From NCBI GenBank assembly GCA_035489505.1, contig DATHKF010000684.1, positions 1-32,281 of the forward strand: DNA of 32,281 bases. The letters run 5' to 3'. Every line of letters starts with the position of its first letter. The first letter of the stretch is position 1. A program made the translations under genes and the position numbers. This document shows positions 30,681 to 32,281 of this stretch, in pieces. The notes beneath the pieces are model-generated. The model was not told the origin of the DNA. It did not search any database and saw nothing but the letters and a program-made list of their open reading frames with translations. This DNA is from Bacteroidia bacterium (GTDB taxonomy: Bacteria; Bacteroidota; Bacteroidia; Palsa-965).

Positions 30681-30739
30681 ACTCTGAGAGCCGATCTCTC
30701 GCTCCCTGCCTCCTGAACTCCTGAATACCTGCCTCCTGC
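30645..30739. repeat. Long hairpin closing the cassette (29-bp perfect inverted repeat)
   Basis: GCAGGAGGCAGGTATTCAGGAGTTCAGGA (30645-30673) is exactly complementary to 30711-30739, and 5 further bp extend the stem. The right arm overlaps by 1 nt the TAG (30739-30741) of the minus-strand gene. Confidence 0.9.
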
Positions 30740-32281
30740 TACTGCAGCGAATACGCAGTCAGATACTTACCATTGATTCCTCCGATGACGGTCAGCCCAT
30801 TCTCGCCGTTCAGTTTACCAATACTAAACGCTGTTTGGCCCGGCATTGGGAAGCCTTCGGAATCGGCGCCGCCTTTATTGAGCAGGTGAATTTCGGAAGC
30901 CTGCGGACAAGTAATTCCGATGCGGATATCGTTGTCGCCGAAACGGAAAATGGTGGCACGGGTTTGTGCTGGTGATTCAAAACCGAAACTCATCGCCGTG
31001 AGTTTATCCTGGTTGAACACAATGAGTTTTTCCGGGGAAAGGAAAATGTATTCGAGACTTCCATCACCGTTGATGTCGCGGTATTCAAACCACGGTGTTG
31101 CATTGAAATCCAGGAAATGCAAACGTTCAAGTTCATCGGTGAATGTAAGCCGGTATACATTGCCCAATGAATCGGCGCTTACGATCCGGGTCCGCGACAA
31201 ATCTTTTCCCTGCTCCAGGAAAAATTGCGTGACCGGTGTGCCCAGTTGTTCTTTCAGAGTCAAACGTGTTGCTCCTTGCCGGTCGGTAATGTAAGTATGA
31301 CCGCTGCGATCAACAATCACCACGTAATCTTTTCCGGCGACAACCGTATGCTGCACAGGCGCAACAACAATATCACTGGTAACCGGAATTTTCCACCCGT
31401 CAACTTTCACACCTTTCGCAGTGTAGTTGTAGACTTTTTTGTCTTCGCATGCGATAAGTAAACGGTACTCGCGCGTGTTTTCATAATCCATCACGCGAAC
31501 TCCATTGGTGGCCGTTGCAGGAAGTTTTACCGGGAAAATGGAAATCGCATCTCCGTTGCGGTCCATGGCAAACAACGAATCGCGCGTGTTGAATACAATC
31601 TGCAGCTTGCCGTTTTTCAGCACGTCCACCTGTTGCACTTCGCTCATGATGGGCTGGCTCAGTTGTTTCTTCCAGAAAACCGTGCCGGTACTGCTCACGA
31701 GGTAAATTGTATTCGCATCGTCCTGTACAAAAATGTCCAGCCCTTTTGTGTTGTGATTCGTGAGCAACCACGGTTTGCCGCTGAACGTGGTATCGAGTTG
31801 CGTTTCCCAGAGCGAAGCAAAATTTTTCTTGGTCTGCGGATTATGACGAAGGAACGCATTGGTGTAATGAAGGTTTCCTTCGTCGATGTTGTATTGCAAA
31901 ACAATTCCGTCGAACCGTTTCAGCAAATCTGCGTGATGCGTAACATCTGCACGGAAACCGGTTTCAGCGCGCTCTTCGATCAGCCCTTGTGTTTTTGGAA
32001 CAGCTGCGTAAAACGTTACACTGGCTTCGGTAGCCATATTGGTGGCAAAGTCGGCGTAGCTGCGGTCTTTGCGCAGGGTACGTCCAAATTCTGCGGCAAT
32101 GATAAACGCGCGCACAGTATTTTCATCCGTTCCAAAAATTACGTAGTGACTGGTGATGGCATAAAACGCTTCGCGAAACTCGCTGAACAAGCCGCCGAAT
32201 GTAGCAGGAAGCATTTCCGGAACGGGTACCGAACGAACGAGAACTCCGGTGGAATCAAATGGCGGTGCAACTGATCCGGTA
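30739..32281 (-). CDS. Large hypothetical protein with a beta-propeller-like C-terminal region, 5'-truncated by the window edge
   Basis: The frame stays open from 32214 to the window end (...TGSVAPPFDSTGVLVRSVPVPEMLPATF...). It has repeated beta-strand blades and an FG-GAP-like loop DINGDGSLEYIF. I am not confident of the family; it may be DUF3352-like. Confidence 0.7.
   Translation of the reverse strand, partial: TGSVAPPFDSTGVLVRSVPVPEMLPATFGGLFSEFREAFYAITSHYVIFGTDENTVRAFIIAAEFGRTLRKDRSYADFATNMATEASVTFYAAVPKTQGLIEERAETGFRADVTHHADLLKRFDGIVLQYNIDEGNLHYTNAFLRHNPQTKKNFASLWETQLDTTFSGKPWLLTNHNTKGLDIFVQDDANTIYLVSSTGTVFWKKQLSQPIMSEVQQVDVLKNGKLQIVFNTRDSLFAMDRNGDAISIFPVKLPATATNGVRVMDYENTREYRLLIACEDKKVYNYTAKGVKVDGWKIPVTSDIVVAPVQHTVVAGKDYVVIVDRSGHTYITDRQGATRLTLKEQLGTPVTQFFLEQGKDLSRTRIVSADSLGNVYRLTFTDELERLHFLDFNATPWFEYRDINGDGSLEYIFLSPEKLIVFNQDKLTAMSFGFESPAQTRATIFRFGDNDIRIGITCPQASEIHLLNKGGADSEGFPMPGQTAFSIGKLNGENGLTVIGGINGKYLTAYSLQ

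Noticed and set aside
1-32281. tRNA, rRNA, riboswitch, integrase, transposase or a defence operon
   Set aside because: I read all intergenic gaps on both strands. I found no cloverleaf-compatible sequence, no rRNA-like stretch, and no recombinase, nuclease or ATPase gene cluster. The repeat elements have no coding capacity.

Overview
This is a chromosomal segment of a Bacteroidota-type genome. The evidence is TAnnTTTG -7 boxes, no Shine-Dalgarno leaders, a DUF2723 protein, a four-helix-bundle/IVS protein, a TSP3-OmpA protein and many lipoproteins. I call 27 CDS, mostly housekeeping or envelope genes: the 3' end of PDH E2, recG, pheT, hutU, a cold-shock protein, cytochrome c peroxidase, an ACC-deaminase-like PLP enzyme, a sulfotransferase, a LysM glucosaminidase, a GATase, a SAM methyltransferase, HPP, DUF983 and a HigA antitoxin. 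I saw no rRNA, tRNA, CRISPR array, transposase, integrase or recognisable defence operon. The non-coding DNA is the part the gene list does not explain. At least 14 of the 19 intergenic gaps longer than about 100 bp are filled by nested, modular palindromic repeats, and several families occur in two to four copies inside this window. One family has perfect 16-bp terminal inverted repeats and an 8-bp flanking duplication, so it looks like a MITE, and it carries interchangeable hairpin 'cargo' modules. Another family has a 96%-identical core enclosed by copy-specific but perfectly self-complementary outer stems. Many elements dock within 0-7 nt of stop codons. A four-helix-bundle (Avd/23S-IVS-like) gene sits as an opposite-strand cassette between two purine-rich tandem arrays closed by a 29-bp perfect inverted repeat. 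Other points of interest are a 14-codon relic of a HigB toxin next to an intact orphan HigA, a secreted protein with a ~45% Tyr+Trp block and a Pro-rich tail, an odd two-gene lipoprotein/beta-barrel pair, and promoter boxes only 6 nt from start codons, which implies leaderless mRNAs. All family names come from motif recognition by eye and have not been checked against databases.
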